Assembly (NCBI GenBank): GCA_964454545.1
Contig: CAYVTI010000010.1
Span: forward strand, 1 to 59,242
Source: an uncultured Rickettsiales bacterium
GTDB taxonomy: Bacteria > Pseudomonadota > Alphaproteobacteria > Rickettsiales > JABCZZ01
Reading direction: 5' to 3'
Length of the DNA: 59,242 nucleotides
A program made the position numbers and the translations under genes. The number at the start of each line of letters is the position of its first letter. The first letter of the stretch is position 1. The notes beneath the pieces were generated by a model. The model saw nothing but the letters and a program-made list of their open reading frames with translations, was not told where the DNA came from and did not search any database. Below, one piece after another: positions 26,772 through 38,518 of this stretch.

Positions 26772-28661
26772 TTACCTGGGTGTAGTTTTGGCGGCCCCTC
26801 CTGCCAATTCCTGAACACTCTCTTTCTGTTCAGGCGTAGGAACAGTTATGCTGCGCACCACGTCCTGCGCATTTACTTGCTTATTGGCCACTCCTATTTC
26901 TATCTTGTCCATCTGTGGTATCATTTTTTCCAGGTGGTTTATCTTTTCTCTCAATACCCCAACTTCTTCTTTTAATGCGGCTATTTCAGGAGAAACGTTC
27001 TGAGGATTGGAGGACGCAGGCGAGGTAACGGAAATAGCTTGCACGGGTGCAGATATGGTTGTGTTCGCGGCATGTGAATCGGACGATGGCTGGTCTGCAA
27101 CCGGCGTCTTGGTCTCTTCGAGAGAAGCGCTCTTTCCGCCTGAGCGCGACAGGACAGCGGCCTGTTCCGCCTGCGGGTGTTTCCGATCGTATTCCTCCTG
27201 TGCATATCCCACCTGGGCGGCGGTCAACCCCTTGCCGACTATGGACCATTGCGGCACATCGCATCCTTCCAGCGTGATCTGGATAACCTCAACATTAGTA
27301 ATCCCCTGCTCTTCAAGAGCGCGCTTGTAACCTTCCATTTCTCGTTTCTGCTGGGCAAGCGCGGTTTCGCTGCTAGCAAAATCCGGAGCGATTACAGCCT
27401 TCCTGCCCGCCAGTTCTTTCAATGACTCCTCTGAAATATTCACATAGGCATTATCCTGCGGCGGAGAGAAATATTTTTCTATGAGCGCCCCCCTTTCCAC
27501 TCCCAGGGCCTGCTCGATCTCTGCCAGCACTTTTTTCTTCTTTTCATCGTCCATGCCAAAATAATATTCATGGCCTGCGGCTGCAGCGCTGCCAAGTCTC
27601 TCGGCCATGCCCGACTTATCTTTGGACTTGGAATCCTTCTCACCGTCTTTTTCCTTATCCTTGCCTTTACCCTGCTCTTTTGCATCCACCTCTATTCCGC
27701 GCGCCTTAAGCCCGTCTATGATGCCAGACCGGATAGCAATTTTATTAGCGGCAATTTCCTTATCCTTGCGCCCGATACCAATGGAGGCAAGTCCGTTCCC
27801 AACCGTCGCGCCTATAAGGCCGCTTATGCCGCCTACAGATCCCGCACCCCACAAAATTCCCTTGCCGATATAATTTTTATGTTTATGGGCTCTTATCGCC
27901 TCAACGCTTTCTTCTATCTGCAGCGGGCTCTCGGCATAACCCATCAGCCTGCGGTTCGCCATGACCGCTTCCCTGTCCGTACCGTCGATAGCGTTTCCTA
28001 TCGTTCTGGCAAGACCTACTACAAAGCCTCCTGCGCCGCCGATGATGGCCAAGGGAATAGCTGTTATTAAACCCACTCCGGTCCCGGTCACCTGCGCTGC
28101 TTTTCTTGCTCTCTGTCCAATCCTTTCACCCGCAGTCATATGGTCGGAGAAAATTTCCTCCACGATCTTGTCTACGTCCTTACCGCTTATTTTTTTGCCG
28201 TCTTCAATATCGTTCAGCGCCCCGGCAACGCGGCCATAGTTATAATATTCCGTCAGCTTATCAATATTGCCCTTTGTCGGCTGATAACCGGTATTTTCTA
28301 TGGATCTCAGCATTGCGGCAGAAAGCGGTTCTTCCTTATTCCACAGAATCAGCCCGTCAAGCGTGCTGACCGTTTTTCCCTCGGCTATCTGCTGCTCTAC
28401 CCTGTCCCTTGCCGCGATGGTGACACGTTCGAGAAGCTTTCTGCTGCTTTCGTCCAGCCCCTCTTCCATAAAATTTTTCTTCTCGGCTTCTATGGCTTCC
28501 GGCGAGTATCCCGCTGCGATCTTAGCGCCGAGGTCAGTAGCCTTATTATACATTTCCGCCGTAATGGCATCCAGGTTCGCATAAGCGGGAGTGCCCGGCT
28601 GCGCTATCTGTGCCTTCAATGCCTGTATGTCATTGCGCGACAATATCCGATCTATAGACAT
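26772..28661 (-). CDS. Hypothetical large protein P1 (helical N-domain, two Gly-zipper segments, KD-rich linker, C-terminal coiled coil)
   Basis: 629 aa. GAGGA lies 5 nt upstream of the ATG. Hydrophobic segments are VTGTGVGLITAIPLAIIGGAGGFVVGLARTIG and GILWGAGSVGGISGLIGATVGNGLASIGIG. The low-complexity linker is KEQGKGKDKEKDGEKDSKSKDK, and the coiled coil is EIAALKEEVGVLREKINHLEKM. No catalytic motif recognised. Confidence 0.65.
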   Translation of the reverse strand: MSIDRILSRNDIQALKAQIAQPGTPAYANLDAITAEMYNKATDLGAKIAAGYSPEAIEAEKKNFMEEGLDESSRKLLERVTIAARDRVEQQIAEGKTVSTLDGLILWNKEEPLSAAMLRSIENTGYQPTKGNIDKLTEYYNYGRVAGALNDIEDGKKISGKDVDKIVEEIFSDHMTAGERIGQRARKAAQVTGTGVGLITAIPLAIIGGAGGFVVGLARTIGNAIDGTDREAVMANRRLMGYAESPLQIEESVEAIRAHKHKNYIGKGILWGAGSVGGISGLIGATVGNGLASIGIGRKDKEIAANKIAIRSGIIDGLKARGIEVDAKEQGKGKDKEKDGEKDSKSKDKSGMAERLGSAAAAGHEYYFGMDDEKKKKVLAEIEQALGVERGALIEKYFSPPQDNAYVNISEESLKELAGRKAVIAPDFASSETALAQQKREMEGYKRALEEQGITNVEVIQITLEGCDVPQWSIVGKGLTAAQVGYAQEEYDRKHPQAEQAAVLSRSGGKSASLEETKTPVADQPSSDSHAANTTISAPVQAISVTSPASSNPQNVSPEIAALKEEVGVLREKINHLEKMIPQMDKIEIGVANKQVNAQDVVRSITVPTPEQKESVQELAGGAAKTTPR

Positions 28662-28846
28662 AACTTCCTCTTTCTACTGAACAATATCCATCTGCGGACA
28701 TGGCTATACTGTTCTACTATTATCCTAGCATCATACTATATTTTCCAAGCGTGAAGAACAAGTTAACATCTTATGACAGTTTGGTTACAAATTTATGACA
28801 TGTGCCGATAATGCAATGAGGCGTAAGAAATATCCGGATTGGCAAC

Positions 28847-28887
28847 AAAAAAAATACCCCGGCTTATAATGTTACAAGCCGGGGTAT
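28847..28887 (-). terminator. Rho-independent terminator of the 28912-29304 gene
   Basis: On the minus strand, a 12-bp stem (ataccccggctt/aagccggggtat, 10-nt loop) is followed by eight T. It lies 25 nt after the stop codon. Confidence 0.8.
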
Positions 28888-28911
28888 CGTTACCGAACAG
28901 ATATCTATGGT

Positions 28912-29304
28912 TTAGTTGGCAGAATCAGGACGCGCTCTGTGTTCACGGAGTTTGTGATCCCGGCGTTCCTGCCTTCTCTTTTCGAATTTCTCTTTCCTCA
29001 TTTCATGATTCAGCCTGCGCTGTTCGGCTTTGGTAATGTGGCCGCCATGCTTCGCTTCATCGCGGTTCAACTGGCTCTGGGTGCGCTGATCGCGCCTTTC
29101 ATCACGTTCGGCCTGTCCTTCGGTAAGTTTACCGTTTTTCTCAGCACGCTCGGTATTGTTTTCCTGATGCTCAAGGCGGTTTTCCACCTGGTTGATGCGC
29201 GGATGGCCCGGATCTTCTGATTGTTCTTGCGCAATGACCGGAGATGAGAGTATGGTGCCTGCAGTCAGTGAAAGTATGACTGTGCTTAAGAAGCAAATTT
29301 TCAT
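28912..29304 (-). CDS. Hypothetical exported, highly charged protein
   Basis: Signal peptide MKICFLSTVILSLTAGTILSSPVIA, then an R/E/Q/K-rich mature part with a two-fold pattern (GKLTEGQAERDERR... / GGHITKAEQRRLNHE...). AGGGA lies 6 nt upstream of the ATG, and the gene has its own terminator. Confidence 0.6.
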   Translation of the reverse strand: MKICFLSTVILSLTAGTILSSPVIAQEQSEDPGHPRINQVENRLEHQENNTERAEKNGKLTEGQAERDERRDQRTQSQLNRDEAKHGGHITKAEQRRLNHEMRKEKFEKRRQERRDHKLREHRARPDSAN

Positions 29305-29493
29305 AAAATGTCCCTTTTTGTTACACTCAGTTATCGACAGCAATAACTGGTTAAAGCCCACTATAGCAAAATAGACATTGCAGTATTTTCATGGAAACAT
29401 TAATAAAATGCAATAATCATAATTATGTTTACATTTTGAATAGTTATCATACAAATTCGCAAACCGTGACCTCGTGGGAGAATAGGAGAATAT

Positions 29494-30675
29494 ATGTCAG
29501 ATCATGATATCGTAATAGTGAGCGCATTGCGTACGGCAATAGGCTCTTTTAACGGCACACTTGCTTCCCTTCCGGCGCACAAGCTGGGTGAGCATGTAAT
29601 CAAGGCAATCCTGCAACAAACGAAAGTAAACCCCGGAGAAATTTCCGAAGTGATTCTGGGTCAGATTCTGACTGCGGCAGCCGGGCAGAATCCGGCGCGC
29701 CAGGCATCGATCAATGCCGGCGTTCCCAAAGAAGTCCCGGCATGGGGGCTGAACCAGGTATGCGGATCGGGGCTGCGCGCTGTCTGCCTTGGCTACCAAG
29801 CTATCCGGAATGGCGACAGCCATATGGTGATCGCAGGCGGGCAGGAAAGCATGAGCCAGGCACCGCATGCCAAGAACCTGCGCACGGGTGTCAAGATGGG
29901 CGATGCCACTTTCGTGGATACCATGATACTGGATGCCCTTACCGACGCTTTTCACCATATCCACATGGGTGTCACCGCCGAGAATATCGCCAAGCAATTT
30001 AACATATCGCGCGACGAGCAGGATGAATTTGCCGCACGCTCCCAGCAGAAATGCGAAGCGGCGATGAAAGAAGGTAAGTTCAGGGAAGAAATTGTCCCGG
30101 CAGTCATTGCCGACCGCAAAGGCGAGATAACCATTGACAAAGACGAATTTCCGCGCGCCGGAGTCACGAAAGAGTCCCTCGTCAAGCTGAAACCTGCCTT
30201 CATCAAGGACGGTACCGTTACCGCAGGCAACGCCTCCGGCATTAACGACGGCGCTGCCGCCGTATTGCTCATGACACGCAAGGAAGCCGACAAACGCGGA
30301 CTGCCTGTACTTGCCAAAATAGTATCATGGGCACATGCAGGCGTTGATCCCGCCATCATGGGCACCGGCCCTATCCCTGCAAGCCAGAAAGCGCTTGCAA
30401 AAGCCGGATGGAATGTTGGCGATCTTGATCTCATAGAAGCCAACGAAGCTTTCGCCGCACAGGCCATTTCGGTCAATATGAACATGAAGTGGGATGTGTC
30501 CAAGGTTAATGTCAATGGCGGCGCCATTGCGCTTGGGCATCCGGTAGGCGCATCCGGCGCCCGCATTCTTACTACGCTCCTGCATGAAATGAACCGTCGT
30601 AATGCAAAGAAAGGCATTGCCACTCTCTGCATCGGCGGCGGAATGGGTATTGCCATGTGCGTGGCGAGGGATTAG
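29494..30675 (+). CDS. phaA: Acetyl-CoA C-acetyltransferase (thiolase II)
   Basis: 393 aa. Has the active-site Cys context NQVCGSGLRAV and the C-terminal NVNGGAIALGHPVGASGARI...LCIGGGMG. Confidence 0.93.
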   Translation: MSDHDIVIVSALRTAIGSFNGTLASLPAHKLGEHVIKAILQQTKVNPGEISEVILGQILTAAAGQNPARQASINAGVPKEVPAWGLNQVCGSGLRAVCLGYQAIRNGDSHMVIAGGQESMSQAPHAKNLRTGVKMGDATFVDTMILDALTDAFHHIHMGVTAENIAKQFNISRDEQDEFAARSQQKCEAAMKEGKFREEIVPAVIADRKGEITIDKDEFPRAGVTKESLVKLKPAFIKDGTVTAGNASGINDGAAAVLLMTRKEADKRGLPVLAKIVSWAHAGVDPAIMGTGPIPASQKALAKAGWNVGDLDLIEANEAFAAQAISVNMNMKWDVSKVNVNGGAIALGHPVGASGARILTTLLHEMNRRNAKKGIATLCIGGGMGIAMCVARD

Positions 30676-30681
30676 TAATTC

Positions 30682-30754
30682 GTTGTTCGTTTTTAGTTGT
30701 TAGCTGTTCAAATAATGGAGAAAACCAACAACTAACAACAACTAACAACCGAAC
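30682..30754. repeat. GTTGTT-type heptamers (gttgttc gttttta gttgtta gctgttc) facing a complementary AACAAC-type repeat (caactaacaa x2); imperfect inverted repeat
   Basis: Read directly. gttgttag (30696-30703) can pair with ctaacaac (30732-30739 or 30742-30749). Fills the phaA-phaB spacer and ends 12 nt before the phaB ATG. Confidence 0.65.
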
Positions 30755-30766
30755 TAAGGAGAAAGT

Positions 30767-31495
30767 ATGAAACAACGCATAGCTCTGGTTACAGGTGGAA
30801 CACGCGGTATAGGCGCTGCTATTTCGAAAGCGCTGCATAATGCAGGTTATAAGGTGGCTGCAACCTATGCCAGCCGTGACGACTCCGCGAAGGCTTTCAG
30901 CAAGGAAAACGGTATTCAGGTTTATAAGTGGGACATAGCGGATTTTGAAGCCTGCCAGAAGGGCGTTGAACAGATCGTAAAGGATCTCGGCGGCACCATA
31001 GACATACTGATCAACAATGCCGGTATCACGCGTGACACCGCCATACATAAGATGAATTTCGACTCGTGGGAAACCGTTATAGATACCAACCTGACCTCAT
31101 GCTTCAACATGTCGCGTGTGGTTATCGAGACGATGCGCGAGAAGAAATTCGGACGCATTGTCAATATCAGTTCAATCAATGGCCAGTTGGGGCAGTTCGG
31201 CCAGACCAATTATTCCGCCGCCAAAGCGGGTATTCTTGGCTTTACTAAAGCACTGGCGCGTGAAACCGCAGCGCGCGGCATCACGGTCAACGTCGTATCT
31301 CCCGGTTATATCGCAACGGAAATGCTCCAGACTATCCGCGAGGACATATTGAATCAGATCATATCCGGCATCCCGGTCGGACGACTGGGCAAGCCGGAAG
31401 AAATCGCGCGCGCCGTATTGTTCCTTGTCGCCGAGGAAGCCTCGTTCATCACAGGCGAGACGCTTTCCATCAACGGCGGGCAATACATGGAGTAG
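30767..31495 (+). CDS. phaB: Acetoacetyl-CoA reductase (SDR family)
   Basis: 242 aa. VTGGTRGIGAAI (NADP fold), NISS..G......NYSAAKAG (catalytic Y-x3-K) and a position directly after phaA. Confidence 0.9.
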   Translation: MKQRIALVTGGTRGIGAAISKALHNAGYKVAATYASRDDSAKAFSKENGIQVYKWDIADFEACQKGVEQIVKDLGGTIDILINNAGITRDTAIHKMNFDSWETVIDTNLTSCFNMSRVVIETMREKKFGRIVNISSINGQLGQFGQTNYSAAKAGILGFTKALARETAARGITVNVVSPGYIATEMLQTIREDILNQIISGIPVGRLGKPEEIARAVLFLVAEEASFITGETLSINGGQYME

Positions 31496-31609
31496 TGTCG
31501 TTTTATCCCTCAACCTCTTGATGAAACGGCATACGCGTAGCGTTCCATTACGGAAGATAATCGCAATGCACTCTTGCGGGCAGGCTAGCTTAACTTATAT
31601 AATCCCTCC

Positions 31610-35322
<3,713 letters not shown>

Positions 35323-35443
35323 AGTCAGGCAATTAAATTATCTCCTCTCATTCCTGCACAAGAAAAATGTAATAGAATTGTCATCAAAAAACAGATATTT
35401 GATGCTATACTGGATTTTATTTTTCTGAAAAAGTTCATGAAGC

Positions 35444-36799
35444 ATGAATTCGTCTGAGCAAACATCTACTTCCTCTGCTTCCGAAGCGGTGACACAACCG
35501 GATGCGGTGCTAACGCCCGCTGTGTCGTCTGCCGCAATAACAACATCTTCACAGCAGGATAAAACCAGTCCTGAGGACAAAGAGTTGAAACCTTTTGCCA
35601 AAAGCGAATCCAAATCCCTAGGATTTACGGGTAGAGTCAAGGATATGTTTTCGGGTAAGAAACTTATAAGCACCGTAATGGCGCTGGGATTTATTTTTAC
35701 CTGGTCGGAGCGCATGCTGACTTCTTTCAACACCGGATTCTCCTCCTACCGTGATATTCCTAAAATGATAAGAGATAAAAATCTTGACCCCTTAAAGGAT
35801 GCAGGAAAAACGGTTGCAGGTCTGGTTACTCCCGGATCGGATAATAACTTCCTCAGCAAATTCTCAACAGGTGAAAAACTTCAGGCCATGGGATCCACCC
35901 TGGGTCTTGCGCAGAATGTCTGGTTTTTTACTTCTTCACGTTCGGGTTATATCCCGGACGGCGACACCATGCTGGAAAGACTTAAGGAGATACTTAAGAA
36001 TCCGTCGCGCCATGTCGCCCAAATAACTACCTTGTGGCAGGCAGTGTCAGTGGGTAGCATTGGGTTCGGACGCCTTATGTCAGGCTATCGCGATCTCTCC
36101 CGGAACGCAGACGGAAAGTGGATTGGATTTAATCCCAGGCAGGCTCTAAGCGGCAAGGATAACTTCACAAAGCTGGATAAGCTGACCCCTCTTATTACGG
36201 GAGCCGCTGTCATATCAAGCGTACCGATAGTCGTATACAGCATGCTGAATATGAAAAAACCCAATGCAAGCAGCAACAGCCACCTGCAACACATGGAAGA
36301 GGATAAAACCTTATCCGCGGAGGATACCGAAGGCAACGTAGTAACTCCTGTTGAGGACAGACAACAAACAGAAATTAAACCGTTTGCCAGAAGCCAAAGC
36401 AAAATATTATCTTCCGATAAGGAAAATGGGTTAAAAGCAATGGTTGCCATGTTCTCTCCTAGTAACCTGAAAGCTATGACACAATATGCAGTAACTAAGG
36501 ATCCACTTGGATTTACAGCACGTACATTGCTTCTTGGAATGGATGTAGGCTTTTTTGGCGTAGGCCTTGCAAAACTGGGGCAGATCAAGTCCGGGCAATA
36601 TCCGCATAAATACGGCGAAGCAAACAGCCCGCAGTGGAATAAAGCGCTTGCCAACGCAAAACAGTCGCGCAATGTAGGTATATTGGGCTTTGTTCTGACC
36701 GCGCTTTATAATATGTATGTATATGATACTCTGGCGCAGGCTTACAAAAAGGAGCAGGAGAAACTAAAGGAGGAATCCGATGGCAAAGTGGCAAGATAA
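35444..36799 (+). CDS. Hypothetical multi-pass membrane protein with an internal duplication
   Basis: 451 aa. Ser/Thr/acidic linkers are each followed by E(L/I)KPFA(K/R)S(E/Q)SK (aa about 47 and about 309). Roughly six hydrophobic segments. No strong Shine-Dalgarno sequence and no known motif. Confidence 0.5.
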   Translation: MNSSEQTSTSSASEAVTQPDAVLTPAVSSAAITTSSQQDKTSPEDKELKPFAKSESKSLGFTGRVKDMFSGKKLISTVMALGFIFTWSERMLTSFNTGFSSYRDIPKMIRDKNLDPLKDAGKTVAGLVTPGSDNNFLSKFSTGEKLQAMGSTLGLAQNVWFFTSSRSGYIPDGDTMLERLKEILKNPSRHVAQITTLWQAVSVGSIGFGRLMSGYRDLSRNADGKWIGFNPRQALSGKDNFTKLDKLTPLITGAAVISSVPIVVYSMLNMKKPNASSNSHLQHMEEDKTLSAEDTEGNVVTPVEDRQQTEIKPFARSQSKILSSDKENGLKAMVAMFSPSNLKAMTQYAVTKDPLGFTARTLLLGMDVGFFGVGLAKLGQIKSGQYPHKYGEANSPQWNKALANAKQSRNVGILGFVLTALYNMYVYDTLAQAYKKEQEKLKEESDGKVAR

Positions 36800-37157
36800 G
36801 GTTTCTCCTTCACCGAAAGCGTCTGGCGCCATCTTTTCTCCGGGAGATGAGCTGCCTGCCGTTATTGCGCTGGTAACGGGGGAAGATGCAGAAGGCAACC
36901 CGCAATGGGCATACGCGAAAATCTCCGCGCAAAACTATGCGCTGTTCAAGGCGGCAGAAGAACAGGGAAACTATAGTCTGGCTGACTTCGGGGAAATACT
37001 GCAATATGGGCACGGCAAGGAACCGCCAGAGGCGATCAAACACGAAATGAAAGAACAATACGGTTGCGATGAGCATTTTGAGGAATCACTCGCCGAGATG
37101 ATGGAAAAGGCCATCACGGAATGGGATGAAGCGCTGCAAGATGAAGATAAACGCTAG
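36780..37157 (+). CDS. Hypothetical small acidic protein
   Basis: 125 aa. A strong Shine-Dalgarno sequence (AAGGAGGAA) lies 4 nt upstream of the ATG. The start overlaps the end of the upstream ORF by 20 nt. D/E-rich with no hydrophobic segment. Confidence 0.55.
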   Translation: MAKWQDKVSPSPKASGAIFSPGDELPAVIALVTGEDAEGNPQWAYAKISAQNYALFKAAEEQGNYSLADFGEILQYGHGKEPPEAIKHEMKEQYGCDEHFEESLAEMMEKAITEWDEALQDEDKR

Positions 37158-37233
37158 CGTAATTTTACTCTGGCTTCCTCATTAACATCCGATATAATAA
37201 CCGCTTAGCGTAATTAGATATACAGGAGGGAAA

Positions 37234-38157
37234 GTGCCCAGAAGAATTTTATTGCTTGTCGTTTTATTGACCGGGTTGTTGCCACTTCATGCCGCAGCCG
37301 AAGCGGCATCTCCCAAACTAAAGCCTATCATCGGCATCAGCATTGATAACGGCGATCATCCAGCCGTCGAAGCATCGAAGCTCGGCATGATTGAAGAAAT
37401 TCAGCTCGCAGGCGGCATTCCCCTTATCTTAAACGATCGCGGCGACCGTTCGCCGGAAAAGGATATCAAGCAGATCGATGGCCTTGTCGTGCAGGGGGAT
37501 TCGCTCGATGTCGATCCGGCGCAATACGGCCAGAAGAAGCATAAGGAAACCCGGATAGAGACGGATAAGACGCGCACCAATTACGAGGATAAGATCATCG
37601 CGGAAGCGCTGCATGATAAAGTCCCCGTCCTTCTCATCTGCGGCGGCATGCAGCGTGCCAATGTGCTGATGGGCGGAACGCTGCATCAGCATATACCCGA
37701 TCTGCCGGGAGTGAAGCCGGGGCATGGCAACAATAACGGCAATCCTCCCGATGTTCCTTCCGTCGTAGTTGAAGTTGCGCCTGATAGTAATCTGAAGAAA
37801 ATTCAGGGGAGGAAGGAATTACTGGTAAACAGCTTCCATCACCAGGCCCTGGATAAGATCGGCCAGGGCTTCCGTATTGCCGGTTACTCCGATACATACG
37901 CAAGACCGGATGGAAGCAAGGCAAACCTAGTCGAAGCCATTGAAGCCGACCCCAAAGGCCCTTTCGCCGGCCAGTTTATCCTTGGGTTGCAGTTCCATCC
38001 TGAGATGATGCCCGGCAGCGACCTGAGCGTAAAGACCTTCCATGCCTTTACCGGCGCGGCGCAGAAATTCGCGGCGGATACCAAACGTACCCACCCCGAC
38101 GAGGCAGTGCTTCGCAAGATCAGCCATGACTGGAAGGTTAATTCCACCGCCCAGTAA
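37234..38157 (+). CDS. Class I glutamine amidotransferase-like / peptidase C26 (PuuD, gamma-glutamyl hydrolase-like) with signal peptide
   Basis: GTG start with AGGAGGG upstream. Signal peptide RRILLLVVLLTGLLPLHAAAEA. Nucleophile context LLICGGMQ and the His/Glu context GLQFHPE. Confidence 0.75.
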   Translation: MPRRILLLVVLLTGLLPLHAAAEAASPKLKPIIGISIDNGDHPAVEASKLGMIEEIQLAGGIPLILNDRGDRSPEKDIKQIDGLVVQGDSLDVDPAQYGQKKHKETRIETDKTRTNYEDKIIAEALHDKVPVLLICGGMQRANVLMGGTLHQHIPDLPGVKPGHGNNNGNPPDVPSVVVEVAPDSNLKKIQGRKELLVNSFHHQALDKIGQGFRIAGYSDTYARPDGSKANLVEAIEADPKGPFAGQFILGLQFHPEMMPGSDLSVKTFHAFTGAAQKFAADTKRTHPDEAVLRKISHDWKVNSTAQ

Positions 38158-38293
38158 GGCATAATGAGTACAAAACCATGCCACGGGAAGTCTGGACAAT
38201 GTTTCCGGGTCTGCTATAACCCCAACCGTTACCGGGTATTTATACCGGCAACCGTTTCAGCAACCCAAGACCCGGCATGCTGAAAACCTATGC

Positions 38294-38383
38294 GGAGAGG
38301 TGGCAGAGTGGTCGAATGCGGCGGTCTCGAAAACCGTTATAGCCGCAAGGCTATCGAAGGTTCGAATCCTTTCCTCTCCGCCA
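38294..38383 (+). tRNA. tRNA-Ser (anticodon CGA)
   Basis: Hand-folded. Acceptor stem GGAGAGG/CCTCTCC plus G-CCA, anticodon stem GCGGT/ACCGT with loop CTCGAAA, a long variable arm TAGCC-GCAA-GGCTA and T-loop GGTTCGAATCC. Confidence 0.95.
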
Positions 38384-38518
38384 GATATGTAAATCGTTCA
38401 CATCCAAGATATCATCAGAGAACAAAATATGCCTTTCCTTATATGAGTAATTTTTAATATTACACTCATGGAATTTTAATTCGGAAAGAATAGGATAGGA
38501 GCATAATAGGAGAGTAAC

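Noticed and set aside
26772-28661. P1 as a prophage tape-measure protein
   Set aside because: Tape-measure proteins can carry glycine-zipper segments. However, no capsid, tail, terminase, integrase or lysis genes flank the operon, and the neighbours are core genes. I cannot exclude this without a homology search.
28140-28754. 204-aa plus-strand ORF opposite P1, and the Pro/Ala-rich plus-strand ORFs 25903-26271 and 26314-26688 opposite P3 and P2
   Set aside because: The minus-strand set forms a coherent operon with short gaps and Shine-Dalgarno sites. The plus-strand frames are the expected Pro/Ala-rich complements of Gly/Ala-rich coding sequence.
35338-35733. 131-aa minus-strand ORF overlapping the start of the 451-aa orphan gene
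   Set aside because: There is no Shine-Dalgarno sequence or motif, and it overlaps both the ligA-proximal spacer and the longer plus-strand ORF. The plus-strand ORF is favoured because of its internal repeat and its coupling to the downstream gene, but neither frame is proven.
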